64,000 nt of DNA from Eledone cirrhosa (Eukaryota): NCBI GenBank assembly GCA_964016885.1, contig OZ024744.1, positions 131,812,001-131,876,000 on the forward strand, written 5' to 3'. Shown piece after piece: positions 1 through 9,900 of the stretch. The first letter of the stretch is position 1, and each line of letters starts with the position of its first letter. The position numbers and the translations under genes are program-made. Under the pieces are notes generated by a model. It was not told the DNA's origin and did not search any database. It saw nothing but the letters and a program-made list of their open reading frames with translations.

Positions 1-985
1 GGTTAAGTTAAGTTGGGGTTAAGTTAAATTGGGGTTAAGTTAAGTTGGGGTTAAGTTAAGTTGGGGTTAAGTTAAGTTGGGGTTAAGTTAGATTGTGGTT
101 AAGTTAAGTTGGGGTTAAGTTAAGTTGGGGCTAAGTTAAGTTGGGGTTAAGTTAAGGCGGGGTTAAGTTGAGTTGGTGTTAAGTTAAGTTGGGGTTAAGT
201 TAAGTTGGGGTTGAGTTAATTTTGGGTTAACTTAAGTTGGGGGTACTTAAGTTGGGTTTAAGTTAAGTGGGGTTAAGTTAAGTTGGGGTTAAGTTAAGTT
301 GGGGTTAAGTTAAGTTGGGATTAAATTAGGTTGTGGTTAAGTTAAGTTGGGGGTAAGTTAAGTTGGGGGTAAGTTAAGTTGGGGTTAATTTAAGTTGGGT
401 CTAATTAAGTTGGGGTTAAGTTAAGTTGGGGTTAAGTTAAGTTGGGGTTGAGTTAATTTGGGGTTAACTTAAGTTGGGGGTACTTAAGTTGGGGTTAAGT
501 TAAGTTGGGGTTAAGTTAAGTGGTGGTTATGTTAAGTTGGGGTTAAGTTAAGTTGGGGTTAATTTAAATTGGGGTTAAGTTAACTTTGTGGTTAAGTTAA
601 GTTGGGGTTAAGTTAAGTTGGGGTTAAGTTAAGTTGGGGTTCAGTTAAGTTGCGGTTAAGTTAAGTTGGGGTTACGTTAAGTTGGGGTCAAGTTAAGCTG
701 GGGTTAAGTTAAGTTGGGGTTAAGTCAGGTTGGTTAGTTAAGTTGAGTTTTAGTTAAGTTGGGGTTAATTTAAGTTGGGTTTAAGTTAAGTTGGGGTTAA
801 GTTAAGTTGGGGTTAAGTTAAGTTGGGGTTAAGTTAATTTGGGGTTCAGTTAAGTTGGGGTTAAGTCAAGTTGGGGTTAAGTTGGGGTTAAATTAATTTG
901 GGGTTAAGTTAAGTTGGGGTTAAGTTAAGTTGGGGTTAAGTTAAGTTGGGGTTAAGTTAATTTGTGGTTAAGTTAAGTTGGGGTT

Positions 986-1413
986 AACCCCAACTTCACT
1001 CAACCCCACCTTAACTCAACCCCAACTTAACTTAACCCCAACTTCACTCAACCCCAACTTAACTTAACCCCAACTTCACTCAACCCCAACTTAACTCAAA
1101 CCCAACTTAACTTAACCCCAACTTAACTTAACCTTAACTTAACTTAACCCCGACTTAACTTAACTTCGACTTAACTTAACCCCAACTTAACTTAACCCCA
1201 ACTTAACTTAACCCCAACTTAACTTAACCACAAATTAACTTAACCCCAACTTAAATTAATCCCAACTTAAATTAACCCCAACTTAACTTAACCCCAACTT
1301 AACTTAACCCCAACTTAACTCACACCCAACTTAACTTACCCCCAACTTAACTTAACCCCAACTTGACTTAACCCCAACTTAACTTAACCCCAACTTAACT
1401 TAACCCCAAATTC
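986..1413 (-). repeat. Inverted satellite block 1 (428 bp including the right junction; (AACTTAACTTAACCCC)n on +)
   Basis: Orientation switches at ggggtt|aacccc (985/986) and switches back at cccc-aaattc-gggg (aaattc = 1408-1413). Confidence 0.97.
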
Positions 1414-4400
1414 GGGGTTAAGTTAAGTTGGGGTTAAGTTAAGTTAGGCTTAACTTAAGTTGGGGTTAAGTTAAGTTGGGGGTAAGTTAAGTTCTGGGTA
1501 AGTTAAGTTGGGGTTAAGTTAAGTTGGGGTTAAGTTGGGGTTAAGTTAAGTTAGTGTTAAGTTAAGTTGGGGTTGAGTTAAGTTGGGGTTAAGTTAAGTT
1601 GGGGTTAAGTTAAGTTGGGGTCAAGTTAAGTTGGGGTTAAAATTAAGTTGGGGTTAAGTCAAGTTGGGGTTAAGTTAAGTTGGGGTTAATTTAGTTGGGG
1701 TTAAGTTAACTTGGGGCTAAGTTAAGTTGGGGCTAAGTTAAGTTATGGCTAAGTTAAGTTGGGGTTAAGTTAAGTTGGGGTTAAGTTAAGTTGGGGTTAA
1801 TTTAAATTGGGGTTAAGTTAACTTTGTGGTTAAGTTAAGTTGGGGTTAAGTTAAGTTGGGGTTAAGTTAAGTTGGGGTTGAGTTAAGTTGGGGTTGAGTG
1901 AAGTTGGGGTTAAGTTAAGTTGGGGTTAAGTTAAGTTGGCGTTAAGTTAAGTTGGGGTTGAGTTAAGTTGGGGTTGAGTTAATTTAGGGTTAAGTTAAGT
2001 TGGGGTTAAGTTAAGTTGGGTTTAAATTAAGTTGGGGTTAAATTAAGTTGGGGTAAATTTAAGTTGGGGGTAAGTTAAGTTGGGGTTAAGTTAAGTTTGG
2101 GTTAAGTTAAGTTAGGGTTAAGTTAAGTTGGGGTTAAGTTAAGTTGGGGTCAAGTTAAGTTGGGGTTAAAATTAAGTTGGGGTTTAGTTAAGTTGGGGTT
2201 CAGTTAAGTTGGGGTTAAGTTAAGTTTAGGTTAAGTTGGGGTTAAATTAATTTGGGGTTAAGTTAAGTTGGGGTTTAGTTAAGTTGGGGTTAAGTTAAGT
2301 TGGGGTTAATTTAAGTTGGGGTTAAGTTAAGTTGCGGGTAATTTAAGTTGGGGTTAAGTTAAGTTGGGGTTAAGTTAAGTTGGGGTTAAGTTAAGTTGGG
2401 GGTAAGTTAAGTTGGGGGTAAGTTAAGTTGGGGGTAAGTTAAGTTGGGGTTAAGTTAAGTTGGGGTTAAGTTAAGTTAGGGTTAAGTTAAGTTGGGGTTG
2501 AGTTAAGTTGGGGTTAAGTTAAGTTGGGGTTATGTTAAGTTGGGGTTAAGTTAAATTGGGGTTAAGTTAAGTTGGGGTTAAGTTAAGTTGGGGTTAAGTT
2601 AAGTTGGGGTTAAGTTAGATTGTGGTTAAGTTAAGTTGGGGTTAAGTTAAGTTGGGGTTAATTTAAGTTGGGGTTAAGTTAAGGCGGGGTTAAGTTGAGT
2701 TGGTGTTAAGTTAAGTTGGGGTTAAGTTAAGTTGGGGTTGAGTTAATTTTGGGTTAACTTAAGTTGGGGCTACTTAAGTTGGGTTTAAGTTAAGTGGGGT
2801 TAAGTTAAGTTGGGGTTAAGTTAAGTTGGGGTTTAGTTAAGTTGGGGTTAAGTTAGGTTGTGGTTAAGTTAAGTTGGGGGTAAGTTAAGTTGGGGTTAAT
2901 TTAAGTTGGGTCTAATTAAGTTGGGGTTAAGTTAAGTTGGGGTTAAGTAAAGTTGGGGTTGAGTTAAGTTGGGGTTAATTTAAGTTGGGGCTAAGTTAAT
3001 TTGTGGTTAAGTTAAGTTGGGGTTAAGTTAAGTTGGGGTTAAGTTAAGTTGGGGCTGAGTTAAGTTGGGGTTGAGTTAATTTAGGGTTAAGTTAAGTTGG
3101 GGTTAAGTTAAGTTTGGTTTAAGTTAAGTTGGGGTTAAATTAAGTTGGGGTTAAGTTAAGTTGGGGGTAAGTTAAGTTGGGGGCAAGTTAAGTTGGGGTT
3201 AAGTTAAGTTGGGGTTAAATTAAGTTGGGGTTAAGTTAAGTTGGTGTTAAGTTAAGTTGGGGTTTATTTAAGTTGGGGTTAATTAAGTTGGGGTTAAGTT
3301 TAGTTGGGGTTAAGTTAAGTTGGGGTTAATTTAAGTTGGGGTTGAGTTAAGTTGGGGTTAAGTTAAGTTGGGTTTATATTAAGTTGGGGTTAAGTTAAGT
3401 TGGGGTTAAGTTAAGTTGGGGTTCAGTTAAGTTGCGGTTAATTTAAGTTGGGGTTAAGTTAAGTTGGGGTTAAGTTGGGGTTAAGTTAAGTTGGGGTTAA
3501 GTTAAGTTGGTGTTAAGTTAAGTTGGGGCTAAGTTAAGTTGGGGCTGAGTTAAGTTGGGGCTGAGTTAAGTTGGGGTTAAGTTAAGTTGGGGTTGAGTTA
3601 AGTTGGGGTTAAGTTAAGTTGGGGTTAAGTTAAGTTGGGGTTAAGTTAAGTTGGGGTTAAGTTAAGTTGGGGTTTAGTTAAGTTGGGGTTCAGTTAAGTT
3701 GGGGTTAAGTTAAGTTTAGGTTAAGTTGGGGTTAAATTAATTTGGATTTAAGTTAAGTTGGGGTTTAGTTAAGTTGGGCTTAAGTTAAGTTGGGGTTAAT
3801 TTAAGTTGGGGTTAAGTTAAGTTGCGGGTAATTTAAGTTGGGGTTAAGTTAAGTTGGGGTTAAGTTAAGTTGGGGTTAAGTTAAGTTAGGATTAAGTTAA
3901 GTTGGGGGTAAGTTAAGTTGGGGGTAAGTTAAGTTGGGGGTAAGTTAAGTTGGGGTTAAGTTAAGTTGGGGTTAAGTTAAGTTAGGGTTAAGTTAAGTTG
4001 GGGTTGAGTTAAATTGGGGTTAAGTTAAGTTGGGGTTATGTTAAGTTGGGGTTAAGTTAAGTTGCGGTTAAGTTAAGTTGGGGTTAAGTTAAGTTGGGGT
4101 AAAGTTAAATTGGGGTTAAGTTAAGTTGGGGTTAAGTTAAGTTGGGGTTAATTTAAGTTGGGGTTAAGTTAGATTGTCGTTAAGTTAAGTTGGGGTTAAG
4201 TTAAGTTGGGGTTAAGTTAAGGCGGGGTTAAGTTGAGTTGGTGTTAAGTTAAGTTGGGGTTAAGTTAAGTTGGGGTTGAGTTAATTTTGGGTTAACTTAA
4301 GTTGGGGGTACTTAAGTTGGGTTTAAGTTAAGCGGGGTTAAGTTAAGTTGGGGTTAAGTTAAGTTGGCATTAAGTTAGGTTGTGGTTAAGTTAAGTTGGG

Positions 4401-5018
4401 GGTAAGTTAAGTTGGGAGTAAGTTAAGTTGGGGTTAATTTAGGTTGGGTCTAATTAAGTTGGGGTTAAGATAAGTTGGGGTTAAGTTAAGTTGGGGTTGA
4501 GTTAATTTGGGGTTAACTTAAGTTGGGGGTACTTAAGTTGGGGTTAAGTTAAGTTGGGGTTAAGTTAAGTGGTGGTTATGTTAAGTTGGGGTTAAGTTAA
4601 GTTGGGGTTAATTTAAATTGGGGTTAAGTTAACTTTGTGGTTAAGTTAAGTTGGGGTTAAGTTAAGTTGGGGTTCAGTTAAGTTGCGGTTAAGTTAAGTT
4701 GGGGTTAAGTTAAGTTGGGGTCAAGTTAAGCTGGGGTTAAGTTAAGTTGGGGTTAAGTTAGGTTGGTTAGTTAAGTTGAGTTTAAGTTAAGTTGGGGTTA
4801 ATTTAAGTTGGGTTTAAGTTAAGTTGGGGTTAAGTTAAGTTGGGGTTAAGTTAAGTTGGGGTTAAGTTAATTTGGGGTTCAGTTAAGTTGGGGTTAAGTC
4901 AAGTTGGGGTTAAGTTGGGGTTAAATTAATTTGGGGTTAAGTTAAGTTGGGGTTAAGTTAAGTTGGGGTTAAGTTAAGTTGGGGTTAAGTTAATTTGTGG
5001 TTAAGTTAAGTTGGGGTT

Positions 5019-5446
5019 AACCCCAACTTCACTCAACCCCACCTTAACTCAACCCCAACTTAACTTAACCCCAACTTCACTCAACCCCAACTTAACTTAA
5101 CCCCAACTTCACTCAACCCCAACTTAACTCAAACCCAACTTAACTTAACCCCAACTTAACTTAACCCTAACTTAACTTAACCCCGACTTAACTTAACTTC
5201 GACTTAACTTAACCCCAACTTAACTTAACCCCAACTTAACTTAACCCCAACTTAACTTAACCACAAATTAACTTAACCCCAACTTAAATTAACCCCAATT
5301 TAAATTAACCCCAACTTAACTTAACCCCAACTTAACTTAACCCCAACTTAACTCACACCCAACTTAACTTACCCCCAACTTAACTTAACCCCAACTTGAC
5401 TTAACCCCAACTTAACTTAACCCCAACTTAACTTAACCCCAAATTC
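5019..5446 (-). repeat. Inverted satellite block 2 (428 bp), near-identical copy of block 1
   Basis: Same left junction (5018/5019) and right junction (aaattc = 5441-5446), both 4033 bp from block 1. Shares the private variants cttcactcaaccccacctt, aacttcgactt and ctcacacccaac. Confidence 0.97.
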
Positions 5447-6661
5447 GGGGTTAAGTTAAGTTGGGGTTAAGTTAAGTTAGGCTTAACTTAAGTAGGGGTT
5501 AAGTTAAGTTGGGGGTAAGTTAAGTTCTGGGTAAGTTAAGTTGGGGTTAAGTTAAGTTGGGGTTAAGTTGGGGTTAAGTTAAGTTAGGGTTAAGTTAAGT
5601 TGGGGTTGAGTTAAGTTGGGGTTAAGTTAAGTTGGGGTTAAGTTAAGTTGGGGTCAAGTTAAGTTGGGGTTAAAATTAAGTTGGGGTTAAGTCAAGTTGG
5701 GGTTAAGTTAAGTTGGGGTTAATTTAGTTGGGGTTAAGTTAAGTTGGGGCTAAGTTAAGTTGGGGCTAAGTTAAGTTGGGGTTAAGTTAAGTTGGGGTTA
5801 AGTTAAGTTGGGGTTAATTTAAATTGGGGTTAAGTTACCTTTGTGGTTAAGTTACGTTGGGGTTAAGTTAAGTTGGGGTTAAGTTAAGTTGGGGTTGAGT
5901 TAAGTTGGGGTTGAGTGAAGTTGGGGTTAAGTTAAGTTGGGGTTAAGTTAAGTTGGCGTTAAGTTAAGTTGGGGTTGAGTTAAGTTGGGGTTGAGTTAAT
6001 TTAGGGTTAAGTTAAGTTGGGGTTAAGTTAAGTTGGGTTTAAATTAAGTTGGGGTTAAATTAAGTTGGGGTTAATTTAAGTTGGGGGTAAGTTAAGTTGG
6101 GGTTAAGTTAAGTTGGGGTTAAGTTAAGTTGGGGTTAAGTTAAGTTGGGGTCAAGTTAAGTTGGGGTTAAAATTAAGTTGGGGTTAAGTCAAGTTGGGGT
6201 TAAGTTAATTTGGGGTTAATTTAGTTGGGGTTAAGTTAAGTTGGGGCTAAGTTAAGTTGGGGCTAAGTTAAGTTGGGGCTAAGTTCAGTTGGGGTTAAGT
6301 TAAGTTGGGGTTAAGTTAAGGTGGGGTTCAGTTAAGTTGCGGTTAAGTTAAGTTGGGGTTAAGTTAAGTTGGGGTTAAGTTAAGTTGGGGTTAAGTTAAG
6401 TTGGGGTTCAGTTAAGTTGCGGTTAAGTTAAGTTGGGGTTAAGTTAAGTTGGGGTTAAGTTAAGTCGGGGTTAAGTTAAGTTGGGGTCAAGTTAAGTTGG
6501 GGTTAAGTTAAGTTGGGGTTAAGTTAAGTTGGTTAGTTAAGTTGAGTTTAAGTGAAGTTGGGGTTAATTTAAGTTGGGGTTAAGTTAAGTTGGGGTTAAG
6601 TTAAGTTGGGGTTAAGTTAAGTTGGGGTTAAATTAATTTGTGGTTAAGTTAAGTTGGGGTT

Positions 6662-6960
6662 AACCCCAACTTCACTCAACCCCACCTTAACTCAACCCCA
6701 ACTTAACTTAACCCCAACTTCACTCAACCCCAACTTAACTTAACCCCAACTTCACTCAACCCCACCTTAACTCAACCCCAACTTAACTTAACCCCAACTT
6801 AACTTAACCCTAACTTAACTTAACCCCGACTTAACTTAACTTCGACTTAACTTAACCCCAACTTAACTTAACCCCAACTTAACTTAACCCCAACTTAACT
6901 TAACACAAATTAACTTAACCCCAACTTAAATTAACCCCAACTTAAATTAACCCCAAATTC
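6662..6960 (-). repeat. Inverted satellite block 3 (299 bp), shorter relative of blocks 1 and 2
   Basis: Same junctions (6661/6662; aaattc = 6955-6960). It is 129 bp shorter, which equals 8 monomers plus 1 nt (taacacaaat versus taaccacaaat). Confidence 0.96.
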
Positions 6961-6976
6961 GGGGTTAAGTTAAGTT

Positions 6977-9900
6977 GGGGTTAAGTTAAGTTAGGCTTAA
7001 CTTAAGTTGGGGTTAAGTTAAGTTGGGGGTAAGTTAAGTTCTGGGTAAGTTAAGTTGGGGTTAAGTTGGGGTTAAGTTAAGTTAGGGTTAAGTTAAGTTG
7101 GGGTTGAGTTAAGTTGGGGTTAATTTAGTTGGGGTTAAGTTAAGTTGGGGCTAAGTTAAGTTGGGGCTAAGTTAAGTTGGGGTTAAGTTAAGTTGGGGTT
7201 AAGTTAAGTTGGGGTTAATTTAAATTGGGGTTAAGTTAACTTTGTGGTTAAGTTAAGTTGGGGTTAAGTTAAGTTGGGGTTGAGTTAAGTTGGGGTTGAG
7301 TGAAGTTGGGGTTAAGTTAAGTTGGGGTTAAGTTAAGTTGGCGTTAAGTTAAGTTGAGGTTGAGTTAGGTTGGGGTTGAGTTAATTTAGGGTTAAGTTAA
7401 GTTGGGGTTAAGTTAAGTTGGGTTTAAGTTGAGTTGGGGTTAAATTAAGTTGGGGTTAAATTAAGTTGGGGTTAAGTTAAGTTGGGGGTAAGTTAAGTTG
7501 GGGTTAAGTTAAGTTGGGGTTAATTTAAGTTGGGGTCAAGTTAAGTTGGGGTTAAAATTAAGTTGGGGTTAAGTCAAGTTGGGGTTAAGTTAAGTTGGTG
7601 TTAAGTTAAGTTGGGGCTAAGATAAGTTGGGGTTGAGTTAAGTTGGGGTTAATTTAAATTGGGGTTAAGTTAACTTTGTGGTTAAGTTAAGTTGGGGTTA
7701 AGTTAAGTTGGGGTTAAGTTAAGTTGGGGTTGAGTTAACTTGGGGTTGAGTGAAGTTGGGGTTAAGTTTAGTTGGGGTTAAGTTAAGTTGGCGTTAAGTT
7801 AAGTTGGGGTTGAGTTAAGTTGGGGTTGAGTTAATTTAGGGTTAAGTTAAGTTGGGGTTAAGTTAAGTTGGGTTTAAGGTAAGTTGGGGTTAAGTTAAGT
7901 TGGGGGTAAGTTAAGTTGGGGTTAATTAAGTTGGGGTTAAGTTAAGTTGGGGTTAAGTTAAGTTGGGGTCAAGTTAAGTTGGGGTTAAAATTAAGTTGGG
8001 GTTAAGTCAAGTTGGGGTTAAGTTAAGTTGGGGTTAATTTAGTTGGGGTTAAGTTAAGTTGGGGCTAAGTTAAGTTGGGGCTAAGTTAAGTTGGGGCTAA
8101 CTTAAGTTGGGGTTAAGTTAAGTTGGGGTTAAGTTAAGGTGGGGTTAATTTAAGTTGGGGTCAACTTAAATTGGGGTTAAGTTAAGTTGGGGTTAAGTTA
8201 AGTTGGGGTTAAGTTAAGTTGGGGTTAAATTAAGTTGGTGTTAAGTTAAGTTGGGGCTAAGTTAAGTTGGGGCTGAGTTAAGTTGGGGCTGAGTTAAGTT
8301 GGGGTTAAGTTAAGTTGGGGTTGAGTTAAGTTGGGGTTAAGTTAAGTTGGGGTTAAGTTATGTTGGGGTTAAGTTAAGTTGGGGTTGAGTTAAGTTGGGG
8401 TAAAGTTAAGTTGGGGTTAAGTTAAGTTGGGGTTCAGTTAATTTGGGGTTAAGTTAAGTTGGGGTTAAGATGGGGTTAAATTATGTTGGGGTTAAGTTAA
8501 GTTGGGGTTAAGTTAAGTTGGGGTTCAGTTAAGTTGGGGTTAAGTTAAGTTGGGGTTAAGATGGGGTTAAATTAAGTTGGGGTTAAGTTAAGTTGGGGTT
8601 AAGTTAAGTCGGGGTTAAGTTAAGTCGGGGTTAAGTTAAGTTAGGGTTAATTTAAGTTGGAGTTGAGTTATGTTGGGGTTAAGTTAAGTTGGGGTTAAGT
8701 TAAGTTGCAGTTAATTTAAGTTGAGGTTAAGTTAAGTTGGGGTTAAGTTAAGTTGGGGTTAAGTTAAGTTGAGGCTAAGTTAATTTGGGGCTAAGTTAAG
8801 TTGGGGCTAAGTTAAGTTGGGGTTCAGTTAAGTTGGGGTTAAGTTAAGTTTGGGTTAAGTTGGGGTTAAATTAAGTTGGGGTTAAGTTAAGTTGGGGTTT
8901 AGTTAAGTTGGGGTTAAGTTAAGTTGGGGTTAATTTAAGTTGGGGTTAAGTTAAGTTGGGGTTAAGTTAAGTGGTGGTTATGTTAAGCTGGGGTTAAGTT
9001 AAGTTGGGGTTAATTTAAATTGGGGTTAAGTTAACTTTGTGGTTAAGTTAAGTGGGGGTTAAGTTAAGTTGGGGTTAAGTTAAGTTGGGGTTGAGTTAAG
9101 TTGGGGTTGAGTGAAGTTGGGGTTAAGTTAAGTTGGGGTTAATTTAAGTTGGGGTTAAGTTAAGTCGGGGTTACGTTAAGTTGGCGTTGAGTTAAGTTGG
9201 GGTTAATTTAAGTTGGGGATAAGTTAATTTGTGGTTAAGTTAAGTTGGGGTTAAGTTGGGGTTGAGTTAAGTTGGGGTTGAGTTAATTTAGGGTTAAGTT
9301 AAGTTGGGGTTAAGTTAAGTTGGGTTTAAGTTAAGTTGGGGTTAAATTAAGTTGGGGTTAAATTAAGTTGGGGTTAAGTTAGGTTGGGGGTAAGTTAAGT
9401 TGGGGGCAAGTTAAGTTGGGGTTAAGTTAAGTTGGGGTCAAATTAAGTTGGGGTTAAGTTAAGTTGGTGTTAAGTTAAGTTGGGGTTTATTTAAGTTGGG
9501 GTTAATTAAGTTGGGGATAAGTTAAGTTGGGGTTAAGTTAAGTTGGGGTTAATTTAAGTTGGGGTTGAGTTAAGTTGGGGTTAAGTTAAGTTGGGTTTAT
9601 ATTAAGTTGGGGTTAAGTTAAGTTGGGGTTAAGTTAAGTTGGGGTTCAGTTAAGTTGCGGTTAAGTTAAGTTGGGGTTAAGTTAAGTTGGGGTTAAGTTA
9701 AGTTGGGGTTAAGTTAAGTTGGTGTTAAGTTAAGTTGGGGCTAAGTTAAGTTGGGGCTGAGTTAAGTTGGGGCTGAGTTAAGTTGGGGTTAAGTTAAGTT
9801 GGGGTTGAGTTAAGTTGGGGTTAAGTTAAGTTGGGGTTAAGTTAAGTTGGGGTTTAGTTAAGTTGGGGTTCAGTTAAGTTGGGGTTAAGTTAAGTTTGGG

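Larger units (their letters stand above)
1..6180 (+). repeat. Duplicated block about 1-2180 / about 4080-6180 (offset 4.00-4.07 kb) carrying inversions 1 and 2
   Basis: Markers in the same order: aaggCggggtt 158/4223, tggttagttaagttgag 731/4764, inversion 986/5019, gggtttaaatt 2021/6038, ggggtCaag 2151/6152. Offsets step down in multiples of 16 (4065, 4033, 4017, 4001). Confidence 0.9.

Noticed and set aside
225-255. Short palindromes such as AACTTAAGTT / ACTTAAGT as micro-inversions or operator sites
   Set aside because: A single G>C substitution in the consensus creates them, and they recur only because the surrounding block was duplicated.
975-1445. MITE/foldback transposon or protelomerase (hairpin-telomere) target site
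   Set aside because: The inverted arms are just satellite in opposite orientations. There is no distinct terminal repeat, target-site duplication, internal unique sequence or enzyme gene.
3361-3385. TATA-like motif (GGGTTTATATTAAG) as a promoter
   Set aside because: It is a recurrent variant monomer with no downstream gene or other supporting element.
975-6960. Inversions as fold-back chimeric-read artefacts
   Set aside because: The inverted blocks are not mirror copies of their flanks, they return to the forward orientation, and they recur three times with shared junctions but distinct differences. Read-level confirmation is still advisable.
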